Below, piece after piece: positions 9,921 to 19,292 of a stretch of 64,000 nt of DNA (its first letter is position 1; every line of letters starts with the position of its first letter). The position numbers and the translations under genes were made by a program. Source of the DNA: Candidatus Melainabacteria bacterium 17Bon1m. GTDB lineage: Bacteria > Cyanobacteriota > Vampirovibrionia > Obscuribacterales > Obscuribacteraceae. Location of the stretch: contig JAVLKG010000005.1 of assembly GCA_032128875.1 (NCBI GenBank), positions 32,001-96,000 of the forward strand. Direction: 5' to 3'. Below the pieces are notes generated by a model, which saw nothing but the letters and a program-made list of their open reading frames with translations, made no database searches and had not been told where the DNA came from.

Positions 9921-12900
9921 TCACACAGACTCTTCCGGTTTGGCTATCTCTGCACGAGTTTCTTGCACTTGCGTAATCGTGTCGATGGTACTTTGCACCA
10001 TTTCCATTTGTGGAACGAGAAGCGGCAGCGAAACAGCAGCTGCAATCGATGCAAACTGCGGAGCAGTCATACCGAAAGGAGCGACTCGCGCCGGCTTTGG
10101 TTGGTTGACCAAGTCGAGATGAGGAAGAGTCGCAATTGCCGGAATCGGCATGGCGTTTTGAGTGTTGGTCTGCAGCGTTCCGAGAAACTTTTTGAAGGTC
10201 GCTTCCTTCAGCTCTATGTCCAGTTGGCTAGCTGTGACGATGGTAATGATATTTTCGGCATCTTGGTGACGCATCCGATAGTGCCGGAACTCCTCGATGT
10301 CGGTTGCCACCGGCAGCTCAATGCGCTGGCGAGCCTGGATTTCGATGACACGCTTGCCTTCAACGATGCTGTCTGAAAACTTGCCTGCATTGAGGTCCGC
10401 AATCAGCCATGCCAGCGCTCCATCTCCGAAGTGTTCTTCTGCGATTGAGACAAATGTTTCGCCTGGTGCGATGATCCAAATTGGGCGGTATAGAGGCTTG
10501 GAAGAATTGGCACCTCCACCGGATTGCTGTTCTTGCTCGGACTTGTTGAGCACTTGCTCCGAGTGTTCTGCCGCACCATGTCGAACAGATTCGCTTTGCG
10601 CCTCCCCGCCTTTGCCTGTTTTGGCAGTTGCCGAAGTGTCTTGAACTGGAGGCGCCACGACAGGTTTGCCACCACGTTTTGTTTGCGCGCTGTCAGCAGA
10701 ACCAGTTCCGTGGTTTTGGCTTTCGCTTGTTCTTTCCGGCATTCTCCTTGCTGCTCCAGCGGCAATAATCAAACTTGCAAGAAGGAATTCCCCACCAACG
10801 TAGCGGTCTTCATTGGACTTCACTGCGCCAGACATCAGCTGTTCGAACGAGCGAGAAATGTCGCTCTTGCCCTCTTTGACATTGTTTATCAGGGCTGCAA
10901 TTTGCGTTGGTGCTACTGTTTTCTTTTCACCAACCAACACTTCTGAACCGGTATTCGATGACTTTCCAGTGACGCCCCTGAGGTCAACATTGAACGCTTT
11001 GATGTCGCCACTGATAACGTGTGCCGTGCCCATTTTTGTGCCGCGTTCGATTGTGTGTGGCGTAGCAATGCCGTCAGTGTTGGCTTTGATAATCGAGGAT
11101 AGCGTGCGGCGATCTGCGATCTGCGATCGGCGCTCTGCGATGGTCGCTCCGTCTGTTGTTCTTTGATCGCTCACTGATAAAGCGTCAGCAGTTTTGCGGT
11201 CGGTCAATACAGGCGATTCTCCGGAAAATGCGCGGGTTGTTATAGTTTTCTCTTGCGGCTTAAGCGCTGCGACGAGTTCTTGTGGTGCCTTTCCGGTTAG
11301 CGGTGAGATACCAGCTTGAATGCCGGTTTCCTTCGGTTGAAGAACGCGGTCAGTTGGTTGAAGAACGTGAGCGGCCGGTTGAAGAACGCGATCGGCCGGT
11401 TGAAGAGCGTGAGCGACCGGTTGAAGAACACGATCGCCCGGTTGAAGAACGCGATCAATCGGTTGAAGTACTCGATCAGTCGGTTGAAGAACGCGTTCTT
11501 TCGGTTGCAAGCCGTTTTCCAGCCCTGGCTGTTGCGGAACTGCTTTCACTGGCACAGTCTGTTCGTTTTGCCTGACGCTGTTGGCGGTAATTTCTCCTTT
11601 CAGTTTGATCCCCTGTTGCGCATCTTGTGGTTTGAAGGTCTGCGTGACTTGATTCTCTTGCACTCTTGCTTTTGCAGTGATTGAGATTCTGTCCGCTTGT
11701 GCGCGAAGAACGGCATCCGGAGTGAATTTTTCCGTTTGTGCTAATTGAAGTGTGGTCTTGGTAAATTTGGCGGGTAGTTCGGCGAGCGGCGTGGTTTCTG
11801 CAATTATCTTTCTGCCTGAATTTGGCTGTCCGAGATCTCTGGGTGCAAGGCCTGATTGCACACCATTTTCGGCGCCCTGTATGACTCGCCTGCTTTGAGC
11901 CGGCTGCGCGATTTGCTCTCCACTCTTTGTGAGTGTGGAAAAACTTGTGCCACCGTTTGTAGTGGCAATGCTGGTGACGTCTTGTTTTCGAGTCCAGTTT
12001 TGGTCTTGGCTGGGAGTGATGCGATTTGCAGTTTCTTTCGCTGGCAATACCGGCTCTGCCTTCATCAAACTGCTTTGCGGCACTTCACGCAAACTGGTTA
12101 TGACCGACTCAGCATCAGCGTTTTGAAACTGCTGGGGCTGCTGAATCTGTTTGTTGTAGACTGGGACTTGCTGCTGAATTTCTTGTGCTGTTCTCGATTG
12201 TTCAACAACAAAACCTTTCTGAAGTTCAAAAGGCGTTTGGCTTCCCATTCCGCCAACTTTCGAGAACGTGTCCTTTGTCGAACCGCCCGAGCCTTGGCTT
12301 TCGTGGGGCTGTATGCTCATTTTGTCGAGCGGTGCCAATGTCCTTTCGCTGAGCGGTGCCAATGTCCTTTCGCCGAGCGGTGCCAATGTTCTTTCGCTCC
12401 CACCTTGTGTCGGAACTGGACTGCCTACAAGAGTGCGTTCCTGGTTGAGCGCAAGACCACTTTCTGCTTTCTGCAGTGTCTTCAGTTTTTCTGCTGAAGC
12501 TATTGGAAAGCCTAGTTGTGACTCGGTGTTTGAGGGGCGCCCGACAAATGCGGTGGGCAAAAATGCCCCGCTTTGCCCCTCGCTTGGAATTACCCTTTTC
12601 GCGGATGCTGAAGTCTCTTCACCCTTGCTCTGTTTGAGCGCTGAGACTTTGAGTTCTCCATCTGCTGACTCTTCCACCGAAGAGCGAGCCACGGAGCTTC
12701 CTCCGGTACGCTTGGATAACGTGTACTCGAACTTCTTCTCGCCTGTCTCAACGGCTGGTTCCGACCCTTTGACGGCGTATTGCACTGGCTCATAGCCTCC
12801 GCCGAATTCTTCTTTTTTCTTCTCCGCTTTTAGCAGATCGAGCGGCTGCCACGGAGATTCTTGAGATGCGGAAGACACTGACCCATCGGAAAGAGCCTTT

Positions 12901-13049
12901 TTATTGCTTTTAAAACTAGTAAATTCGGCGCCATCACTGGCTGCCGGGTCTTCAAAGCCCATTCTTTTCTGGTTCTTTGGGGAAAAACGAGTGGTTGGAA
13001 GTGCACTCTTGTCCAGTGTATATCCGTAATTCTTGATTTCAAGACGCAA
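9921..13049 (-). CDS. Large low-complexity protein with C-terminal LysM-like domain
   Basis: 1042-aa ORF rich in S/T/Q/P. The segment WIIAPGETFVSIAEEHFGDGALAWLIADLN...IELP is LysM-like. Start codon uncertain. Confidence 0.75.
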   Translation of the reverse strand: MRLEIKNYGYTLDKSALPTTRFSPKNQKRMGFEDPAASDGAEFTSFKSNKKALSDGSVSSASQESPWQPLDLLKAEKKKEEFGGGYEPVQYAVKGSEPAVETGEKKFEYTLSKRTGGSSVARSSVEESADGELKVSALKQSKGEETSASAKRVIPSEGQSGAFLPTAFVGRPSNTESQLGFPIASAEKLKTLQKAESGLALNQERTLVGSPVPTQGGSERTLAPLGERTLAPLSERTLAPLDKMSIQPHESQGSGGSTKDTFSKVGGMGSQTPFELQKGFVVEQSRTAQEIQQQVPVYNKQIQQPQQFQNADAESVITSLREVPQSSLMKAEPVLPAKETANRITPSQDQNWTRKQDVTSIATTNGGTSFSTLTKSGEQIAQPAQSRRVIQGAENGVQSGLAPRDLGQPNSGRKIIAETTPLAELPAKFTKTTLQLAQTEKFTPDAVLRAQADRISITAKARVQENQVTQTFKPQDAQQGIKLKGEITANSVRQNEQTVPVKAVPQQPGLENGLQPKERVLQPTDRVLQPIDRVLQPGDRVLQPVAHALQPADRVLQPAAHVLQPTDRVLQPKETGIQAGISPLTGKAPQELVAALKPQEKTITTRAFSGESPVLTDRKTADALSVSDQRTTDGATIAERRSQIADRRTLSSIIKANTDGIATPHTIERGTKMGTAHVISGDIKAFNVDLRGVTGKSSNTGSEVLVGEKKTVAPTQIAALINNVKEGKSDISRSFEQLMSGAVKSNEDRYVGGEFLLASLIIAAGAARRMPERTSESQNHGTGSADSAQTKRGGKPVVAPPVQDTSATAKTGKGGEAQSESVRHGAAEHSEQVLNKSEQEQQSGGGANSSKPLYRPIWIIAPGETFVSIAEEHFGDGALAWLIADLNAGKFSDSIVEGKRVIEIQARQRIELPVATDIEEFRHYRMRHQDAENIITIVTASQLDIELKEATFKKFLGTLQTNTQNAMPIPAIATLPHLDLVNQPKPARVAPFGMTAPQFASIAAAVSLPLLVPQMEMVQSTIDTITQVQETRAEIAKPEESV
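11335..11502. repeat. Coding tandem repeat, 8 x 21 bp (QPxDRVL)
   Basis: GGTTGAAG units at 11335, 11356, 11377, 11398, 11419, 11440, 11461 and 11482. Confidence 0.9.
12327..12398. repeat. Coding tandem repeat, 3 x 24 bp (xERTLAPL)
   Basis: GAGCGGTGCCAATGTYCTTTCGCY repeated three times. Confidence 0.9.
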
Positions 13050-13094
13050 ATGCGCAAAAAACTTTGCCTGAAAGATTAATTCATGACAACTGTC

Positions 13095-14243
13095 TTAAGC
13101 GTTCACGGGCGCGAGAGGATGGCGAATTTCAACAACAGTGCCTTTGCCTGTTTGAGGATCCGGTGACAGCCATGAAACTGCGGCGCCAATGAGCCCGGCT
13201 CGAAGTCTCATATAACGCAGTCCACGGGAGTCGGCCAGCCTTTCGGGAGGAATTCCTTCGCCGTCATCTTTGATGCGAATAAGTAAGTGCGCCGGTTCGC
13301 TTTCAATGAAAATGCCAACGCGCTTGGCTTTTGAGTGTTTGCATGTGTTGGTTATCGACTCTTGAATCAGTCTGTACAACAGTTGCTGCTCCACTTGCGA
13401 TAAACCTTTTAGGATTTTCGCCTCAGCTTTGTTCTCAAAATCGATCATGTAACCGCCGCGCTGTCCGCCGCGCTCCAAGCATTCCTCAGCTGCTGATGCT
13501 AAACCAAAGTGTTCTAAGACGACCGGTGATAGCGCGTCCATGATGTTTCGGATTTCCACCATCGAGCTGTCAACCCCTTTCAAGATTTCCTTAGTCAGCT
13601 CGCTTTCCCCGGTTTTTCCAAACTTGTCGATATTAGTTTTCAGCGCTTTGAGATCATTCAAAACCTGGTCGTGAAGGTCGGCAGCCAGCAATCGACGTTC
13701 GGTTTCGTCTTGTTTCACCAAAGTCATTCGCGACTCGAGAAGCTCCTGCTCGCGCAGTTTTAGCTCAATAAATTGCGCCTCGCTTGTGCGTCGTCTTTCT
13801 TCCAGCAGTTTCAAAACCCAGCCCGACAAAGTTCCTAAAACCGCCGAGGTCACGAGCATGGCCGGCTTGATCGAGATTGGCAGGAAAAAACACAAGACAC
13901 TTGCAACAACCAATAAGAGCAGACAGATTTGAAACAGAACGATGGCGCGCACGAGACCCTTTAAGGCATAACTTGTTGCTACCGCGCCGAAGGCTGCGAC
14001 GAAAGAAAGGCAAAACATAAAAAGCTCGGACGCGCCATCGGGGCCGGAATGTTCGGTGACGCCTCCAAAGAAATTGAGGGAGTTGTGCAACGCGGTTGCC
14101 AGTTCCAGTGACAACTTGCTCTCGTCAATGCCGATGCCACCGGTCAAAAGACGCGCGAGGGTTACAGAAGCAAAAGACGCGCCAGCCATTTCGAAAAGGC
14201 GCTTTTGCCGTGGATTGCTTGATAGGGTGTGCGATTGCGTCAT
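13095..14243 (-). CDS. Membrane sensor histidine kinase (HisKA_3/NarX-type)
   Basis: N-terminal TM helices; H-box ERRLLAADLHD, N-box QESITNTCKHS, G-box DDGEG. Confidence 0.9.
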   Translation of the reverse strand: MTQSHTLSSNPRQKRLFEMAGASFASVTLARLLTGGIGIDESKLSLELATALHNSLNFFGGVTEHSGPDGASELFMFCLSFVAAFGAVATSYALKGLVRAIVLFQICLLLLVVASVLCFFLPISIKPAMLVTSAVLGTLSGWVLKLLEERRRTSEAQFIELKLREQELLESRMTLVKQDETERRLLAADLHDQVLNDLKALKTNIDKFGKTGESELTKEILKGVDSSMVEIRNIMDALSPVVLEHFGLASAAEECLERGGQRGGYMIDFENKAEAKILKGLSQVEQQLLYRLIQESITNTCKHSKAKRVGIFIESEPAHLLIRIKDDGEGIPPERLADSRGLRYMRLRAGLIGAAVSWLSPDPQTGKGTVVEIRHPLAPVNA

Positions 14244-14341
14244 CGGAGCTTTGGTTCCCCAATTTTATCTCAATTTTGCGTGGGAACTTGAACGCTTTGC
14301 AGCGGTCGGAACTGAAAACGAGGGAGGAATCTGAGGTAGCT

Positions 14342-14539
14342 ATGAAGAACCAGCAAGACGAAAAACGGCAGAAAGATAAACAGAATAAGCAAACCAATCA
14401 AAGCGCTGAAGAGTGTGATTATCTGCATCCGGAAGAATGCGAAAAGCATCCGCAAAACGATCTCGATGAGACGAAAAAGGCAGTGCAGGAAATTGCCGAC
14501 GATTTCATCAAAGAAGAGAACGAAAGCAAAGAGCGCTAA
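14342..14539 (+). CDS. Small charged hypothetical protein (65 aa)
   Basis: GAGG RBS before MKNQQDEK; highly charged. Confidence 0.5.
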   Translation: MKNQQDEKRQKDKQNKQTNQSAEECDYLHPEECEKHPQNDLDETKKAVQEIADDFIKEENESKER

Positions 14540-14669
14540 CGAAGTAAACAGAAAAATCTCCAAGTTATCGGCAAATCACTGAAAGCTGCACCAAGCTTTC
14601 AGTTTTTTTGCGTGTTAAAAAGAGAAATTGGGCACATCATGATCGAGGTCTCTAATAGAAGGAGTTGCG

Positions 14670-15626
14670 GTGGTTTCGCAGCGAAATAATTGGCGCAATG
14701 GCGAACGTCCTGCAGGTTTTGCAAAATGTCGTTCTGCCTTTTCTGCAAAGATACAAATTCTTATTGCACTCTTGCTGGTTTGTTCGCCGAGTGCTCTTGC
14801 TGCCACTTCTGAAGAACAGTCATTCGTCAAAGATGTGCGTCAGGCGATGGTCTCCGACAACTGGCAAGAATGCGACGCGCTGTCCGAATTATTTTTACGA
14901 AAGCATAAGACGAATGGGTTGGCCAATGCGGTCAAGGGATACACGCTTGTTCAGTTGGGCAGCGACAAAAAGGCATTGCCATATTTTGATGCGGCGATAA
15001 AAAATGGAGTTTCGGCATTGCCTGCTTCTGTTGCGGAGGCGCACGCGAACAACATTTGGTCATTGCGAGGCTATGCGCTCATGCGCAGTGGAAAGTTTGC
15101 AGAGGGTATTAAGGACCTCGAAAAGTCGCTTGAAATCAGACCTCTCACTTGCCTCGATATACTCAATCAGCGCATCGATTGCATAAATATTGGCACCGCA
15201 TACAAGAAAATGAATAACGCGCAAAAGTCTGTCAGTTACATAAACGCCGGCGATCTGATGCTGAAGCAATATCGAAATGTTTTCTCTCCAAATTTGAAAA
15301 CACCGGCAGAAGCTAAATACAACGCAAACAAACTTTTGCCGGAAATGAAGCGCGATCCGAAGTCCAACATCCTTGTCTGCAAGTACGCGGCGCATCAGCG
15401 TTATTTGAAAAATTGGAATGAGTCATTGAAGTATCTCGATAAAGCAATCGCTGCCGAGCCTTATTTGATGCAGGCTCGTCTCATGAGAGCTGAGAGTTTG
15501 AAACGGCTAAAGCGTGGCGCTGAGGCCAAGAAAGATATCGACGCCATAATGCAAACGCGCTCGAAAGCGGGCACGAACGTATGGGCGATAAATCAAAGCG
15601 AATTGAATGAGGTTCTCAAACTCTAG
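14670..15626 (+). CDS. Secreted TPR-repeat protein
   Basis: Signal-peptide-like N-terminus; TPR-like helices (LRGYALMRSGKFAEGIKDLEKSL). Confidence 0.8.
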   Translation: MVSQRNNWRNGERPAGFAKCRSAFSAKIQILIALLLVCSPSALAATSEEQSFVKDVRQAMVSDNWQECDALSELFLRKHKTNGLANAVKGYTLVQLGSDKKALPYFDAAIKNGVSALPASVAEAHANNIWSLRGYALMRSGKFAEGIKDLEKSLEIRPLTCLDILNQRIDCINIGTAYKKMNNAQKSVSYINAGDLMLKQYRNVFSPNLKTPAEAKYNANKLLPEMKRDPKSNILVCKYAAHQRYLKNWNESLKYLDKAIAAEPYLMQARLMRAESLKRLKRGAEAKKDIDAIMQTRSKAGTNVWAINQSELNEVLKL

Positions 15627-16843
15627 TGAAGGAATCTCGTGCCCTTGGTTTTCGCGCTTGCGCACTTGGAGTTTTGGTTTCAGCGCTGGTGTCGCTTAAC
15701 GACGCTTCGCTTGCAGTTGGTTCGAAGAGCGCAGACTATCAGGCGTTTGAAAAGAATGTACACGCACTGATTGAAAAGTCCTCCTGGACAAAATTGGTAA
15801 CTCTTTGCGACAGCTATCTGGCTAAGCATCGCGATGATATCAGTGTCCGCTCTTTGCGTGGATATGCATTGGTGCAAAGCAATCAAGACGCGCGAAGCTT
15901 GGCGGATTTGACTGCTGCTATCAAAGCTGGTTTGACCGATATGCCTGCAGATCTTGTTGAAGAACACGCCAGTCCGCTCCTCTCGCTGCGCGGGTTTGCA
16001 CTGATGCGAGTGGGTCGCTACAAGGAAGGAATTGCCGATATAGAAAAATCCATCAGCGGAAAGATTAGGCTTGTCTCCGAGCTATTGAATAGAAATGTCG
16101 ACTACAAAAATCTGATTGCCGCTTACACGCGGCTCAATGATCATGGCAATGTGCAGAAATATGCCAGAGCTCTTTCCGATACAGAAATGCAATTGCAAAA
16201 TACGCTGCAACCGCGTCTCGGCAACGAAGCGGACGCGAAGAAAATGGTTGCTAAATTGACTCGCGAGTGCGCTGCGGACAAAAATTCTAGTATTCCACTG
16301 ACCAAATTAGCTGCTTATCAAATTTATTTGAAAGCCTGGGCCGATGCGCTGAAAACCGTTGACCGTGCCATTGTTATAGAGCCCTATATGAGCCGCACTC
16401 GCCTGATGCGCTTTGATATTTTGAAGAATCTCAAACGCGAAGCAGAGGCTAAAAAGGAAGCGAAGTTAATTCTTCTGCGTGCCATGGCGCAAGGTGGAAG
16501 CGCCGAGAGTATTGGCGATAAGATGCTGATTACCGCTCGAATGATTGAGATTTACCGCAAGTTCAACGACCTCGATGGGCAGATAGATGTTCTTGAGGCC
16601 GTTGCCCACACAGGTTCGGCAAGTGAGTCTCAACTCTATGACCTTGGTCAGGGCTATGCGAAAAAACAACTTTGGGCAAAAGCTATCGATGCATATGGTG
16701 AAGCGCTCGACTACGCTACCGATAATCAACCTTTGATTCTTGACGCGCGCGCAAAAGCTCACAAAATGCTTGGCCACGCAAAAGAAGCAAAGGCGGACGA
16801 AGATGAAGCTTATAGGTTGCGCCACAAGAGTCGAAAAATCTAG
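15626..16843 (+). CDS. Secreted TPR-repeat protein, paralog of the upstream gene
   Basis: GTG overlaps the upstream TAG; shares LRGFALMR.G...EGI.D.EKS and AI..EPY motifs. Confidence 0.8.
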   Translation: MKESRALGFRACALGVLVSALVSLNDASLAVGSKSADYQAFEKNVHALIEKSSWTKLVTLCDSYLAKHRDDISVRSLRGYALVQSNQDARSLADLTAAIKAGLTDMPADLVEEHASPLLSLRGFALMRVGRYKEGIADIEKSISGKIRLVSELLNRNVDYKNLIAAYTRLNDHGNVQKYARALSDTEMQLQNTLQPRLGNEADAKKMVAKLTRECAADKNSSIPLTKLAAYQIYLKAWADALKTVDRAIVIEPYMSRTRLMRFDILKNLKREAEAKKEAKLILLRAMAQGGSAESIGDKMLITARMIEIYRKFNDLDGQIDVLEAVAHTGSASESQLYDLGQGYAKKQLWAKAIDAYGEALDYATDNQPLILDARAKAHKMLGHAKEAKADEDEAYRLRHKSRKI

Positions 16844-16943
16844 GCATATAATTTTGAATGTTTTTTGCCCGCGACGTGTGACGCGAGGTGTAAGAGAAAT
16901 ATTTGGGCACATCGTCTAAAAGAAAGGGTAATTTCGCCAAGTT

Positions 16944-17576
16944 ATGACAGACCCCAGCACTGCCACAATACGAATCTTTGTTGTCGAAGACCACCAGGCA
17001 ACCCTGGAGGGGCTGAGCGGTGGGCTCGGACGCGAAGAAGGGTTTGAAATCGTCGGATTGTCAGAAAACAGTGATGACGGGCTCAAGATGGCAATGCAAG
17101 TTCGCCCGGACGTTATAGTTCTGGACCTGCACCTGCCTGGCAGTCTCGGACCCAAACAAATGGTGGACGAGTATGTGCGCGTTCCGAACACGCGTGTGGT
17201 CGTGTTTTCAGCCGAAAGCCGCCTGGCTTTCATTCAAGCTGTTCTGTCACAGGGCGTCTCGGCCTACTTGCTTAAATCTGAGCGTTTGAAAACGGTGGCA
17301 GAAACTATCAGACGTGTGATGCGTGGCGAAAAGGGTATCGTCTCGCAGGAGCTGACTTTTGACCATAAGAAATTAACGCCTTCCGAGCAAGAAGTCCTGC
17401 ACATGCTGGGGCGCGGTATGAAGTATCAAGAAATCGCCGACGAAAGGATGACGTCTGCCGCTACCGCGCGCAAGCAGTGTGAAGTGTTGCAGTTGAAACT
17501 CAACCTTGAAAACCGCGAGCAACTGATCGCCTGGGCCGTGCAAAACGGTTATGGAAGTCGGGAGCTGGGAAATTAG
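16944..17576 (+). CDS. NarL-family response regulator
   Basis: VVEDH, VLDLHLPG, AYLLK; LuxR HTH LTPSEQEVL...GMKYQEIA. Confidence 0.92.
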   Translation: MTDPSTATIRIFVVEDHQATLEGLSGGLGREEGFEIVGLSENSDDGLKMAMQVRPDVIVLDLHLPGSLGPKQMVDEYVRVPNTRVVVFSAESRLAFIQAVLSQGVSAYLLKSERLKTVAETIRRVMRGEKGIVSQELTFDHKKLTPSEQEVLHMLGRGMKYQEIADERMTSAATARKQCEVLQLKLNLENREQLIAWAVQNGYGSRELGN

Positions 17577-17645
17577 GGATTAGAAGCAATTTTAGTATGA
17601 TCTGCCGCATGCAGCCCTTTTGTGAGAGCGAACGGCCGGGAGCGT

Positions 17646-19274
17646 ATGAACAGAGTCGGCACCTCGGTGACAGTCGGCGACCTTCTTAAGAAGGTCGGAT
17701 TGGTTTCGGACGCACAACTGGCCCAGGCTAATTCCATCTCTACCAAGACCGGCGCACCGCTGGGCAGTGTTCTTGTCGATACCGGTATTTTGACCCTCGA
17801 CCTTTCGCGGGCTGCCATACTCGCGCAGTCCCTGGTCAGTGAAAATGTCCTTCCGGCCGAAGTGGCTGCGCTCGCCTTGAAAGTGGTTTTTGAACAAGGT
17901 CTCGGCTTCGAAGAAGCTTTGGGCACCTTGGGCTGGCGCTCTGAGTATTACCAGGTGACAAACTGGCTCGGGCAGTTGTTGTACAAGGCAGGTGCTGTTT
18001 CCGAAACCGGGATACAGGCTGCGGTGGAAGCCAGCTATGCTTCCGGATTGCCTCTCGGGCGGGTTTTGGTTTTGCGCAAAGTTATTCCCGAGTCAGTGGC
18101 TTATGCGGCGCTGACCTGTCAGGTTTTAGTTCGCGAGAGAAAAATTACACAAGAGCAAGCCGTCGATGCTTTGCGAACAGCGTTATGCACGCGAAAGTCA
18201 ATCGAAGAAGCGCTCGAGCTGGAAGGCTATCATCAAGAAAAACTGCGCAAGTCCGTGCGGCTTGGCGAACTTTTGATTGTTGCTGGTCTTGTCTCTGAAA
18301 TCGATCTGCTCTCCGCCGTCGAGAAAGGGATTTTAGACAACAAGCCTATTGGGCAGGTTCTTCTCCATTTGAATTTGATTGACCAGCCGACTCTTGAGCG
18401 TGCACTGAGCTTGCAGCAGATGATAAATACACAGGCACTGACGCCTTTCGAAGCGGCGACCGTGCTTCAGGATTTACAAAAACGTGGTGTCAATGACACG
18501 CAAGATTTAGCAGTAATTGAAGTTCCGGAGGGGCAAAAACCTGCTGGAGTTGGCGAATTACCAGAGCTTTTGAAAGTCTTCGGACTGTACGACGAGAAAG
18601 ATTTGCTGCGCGCAGTGCAAGATCTGCTGTTGGAAAAACAAAACCTCGCTTATCGCATGGTCAGTCAGCAGGAAGAAATGAAAACGCGGCTGGCGCGAGA
18701 TTTGCACGACACTGTAATTGCCGATTTGATGATGCTAAAACGTTATCTCTCCGGCGATAAAAAACTTTCCGAAGAGCAGATTATCGAAATGGTCGATCAC
18801 GTCGTGCGGCAAATTCGTGACATCTGCAGTGACTTCGCTCCAAGGCATTTAAAGGACTGGGGGCTGAAGATGTGTTTGCAAGACCTTCTCGAGCGCATGA
18901 GTCAACGTACCGGCATCGGCGTCAATCTCGTGTGTGATCAAAACCTGCCGGACATGCCGGATCCCGTAGAACTGCATATATTCCGCATTATTCAAGAAGG
19001 TCTTAATAACGTCGAGAAATATTCAGGCGCGTCCCGTGTGATCGTGCATATTGAGCGGGTCGACGAGAAGACTATACGTTTTACTCTGATGGATAACGGC
19101 AAAGGTTTCGATGCTGATCGCCAGGAAGATCGGCCGAGCAATGTGGGTGGCATGGGCATGGGCGGCATGAAAGAACGCGCCGATCTTATTCGCTGTTTCT
19201 ACCCAACAACATTGTCCGTAGAATCTCAGCAGGGCGGCGGTTCGCGCGTAACATTGGAAGTGCGGATGACTTAA
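17646..19274 (+). CDS. Soluble histidine kinase with N-terminal MshEN-like repeats
   Basis: Six (R/x)LGxxLxxxG(L/I) half-motifs, then H-box RLARDLHD, QEGLNNV, DNGKGF and GMGMGGMKERA. No TM helix seen. Alternative start at 17622. Confidence 0.88.
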   Translation: MNRVGTSVTVGDLLKKVGLVSDAQLAQANSISTKTGAPLGSVLVDTGILTLDLSRAAILAQSLVSENVLPAEVAALALKVVFEQGLGFEEALGTLGWRSEYYQVTNWLGQLLYKAGAVSETGIQAAVEASYASGLPLGRVLVLRKVIPESVAYAALTCQVLVRERKITQEQAVDALRTALCTRKSIEEALELEGYHQEKLRKSVRLGELLIVAGLVSEIDLLSAVEKGILDNKPIGQVLLHLNLIDQPTLERALSLQQMINTQALTPFEAATVLQDLQKRGVNDTQDLAVIEVPEGQKPAGVGELPELLKVFGLYDEKDLLRAVQDLLLEKQNLAYRMVSQQEEMKTRLARDLHDTVIADLMMLKRYLSGDKKLSEEQIIEMVDHVVRQIRDICSDFAPRHLKDWGLKMCLQDLLERMSQRTGIGVNLVCDQNLPDMPDPVELHIFRIIQEGLNNVEKYSGASRVIVHIERVDEKTIRFTLMDNGKGFDADRQEDRPSNVGGMGMGGMKERADLIRCFYPTTLSVESQQGGGSRVTLEVRMT

Positions 19275-19292
19275 CTACCGGAATAGGTCGCG

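Noticed and set aside
11335-11502. CRISPR or non-coding repeat
   Set aside because: In-frame 21-bp coding repeat with no spacers.
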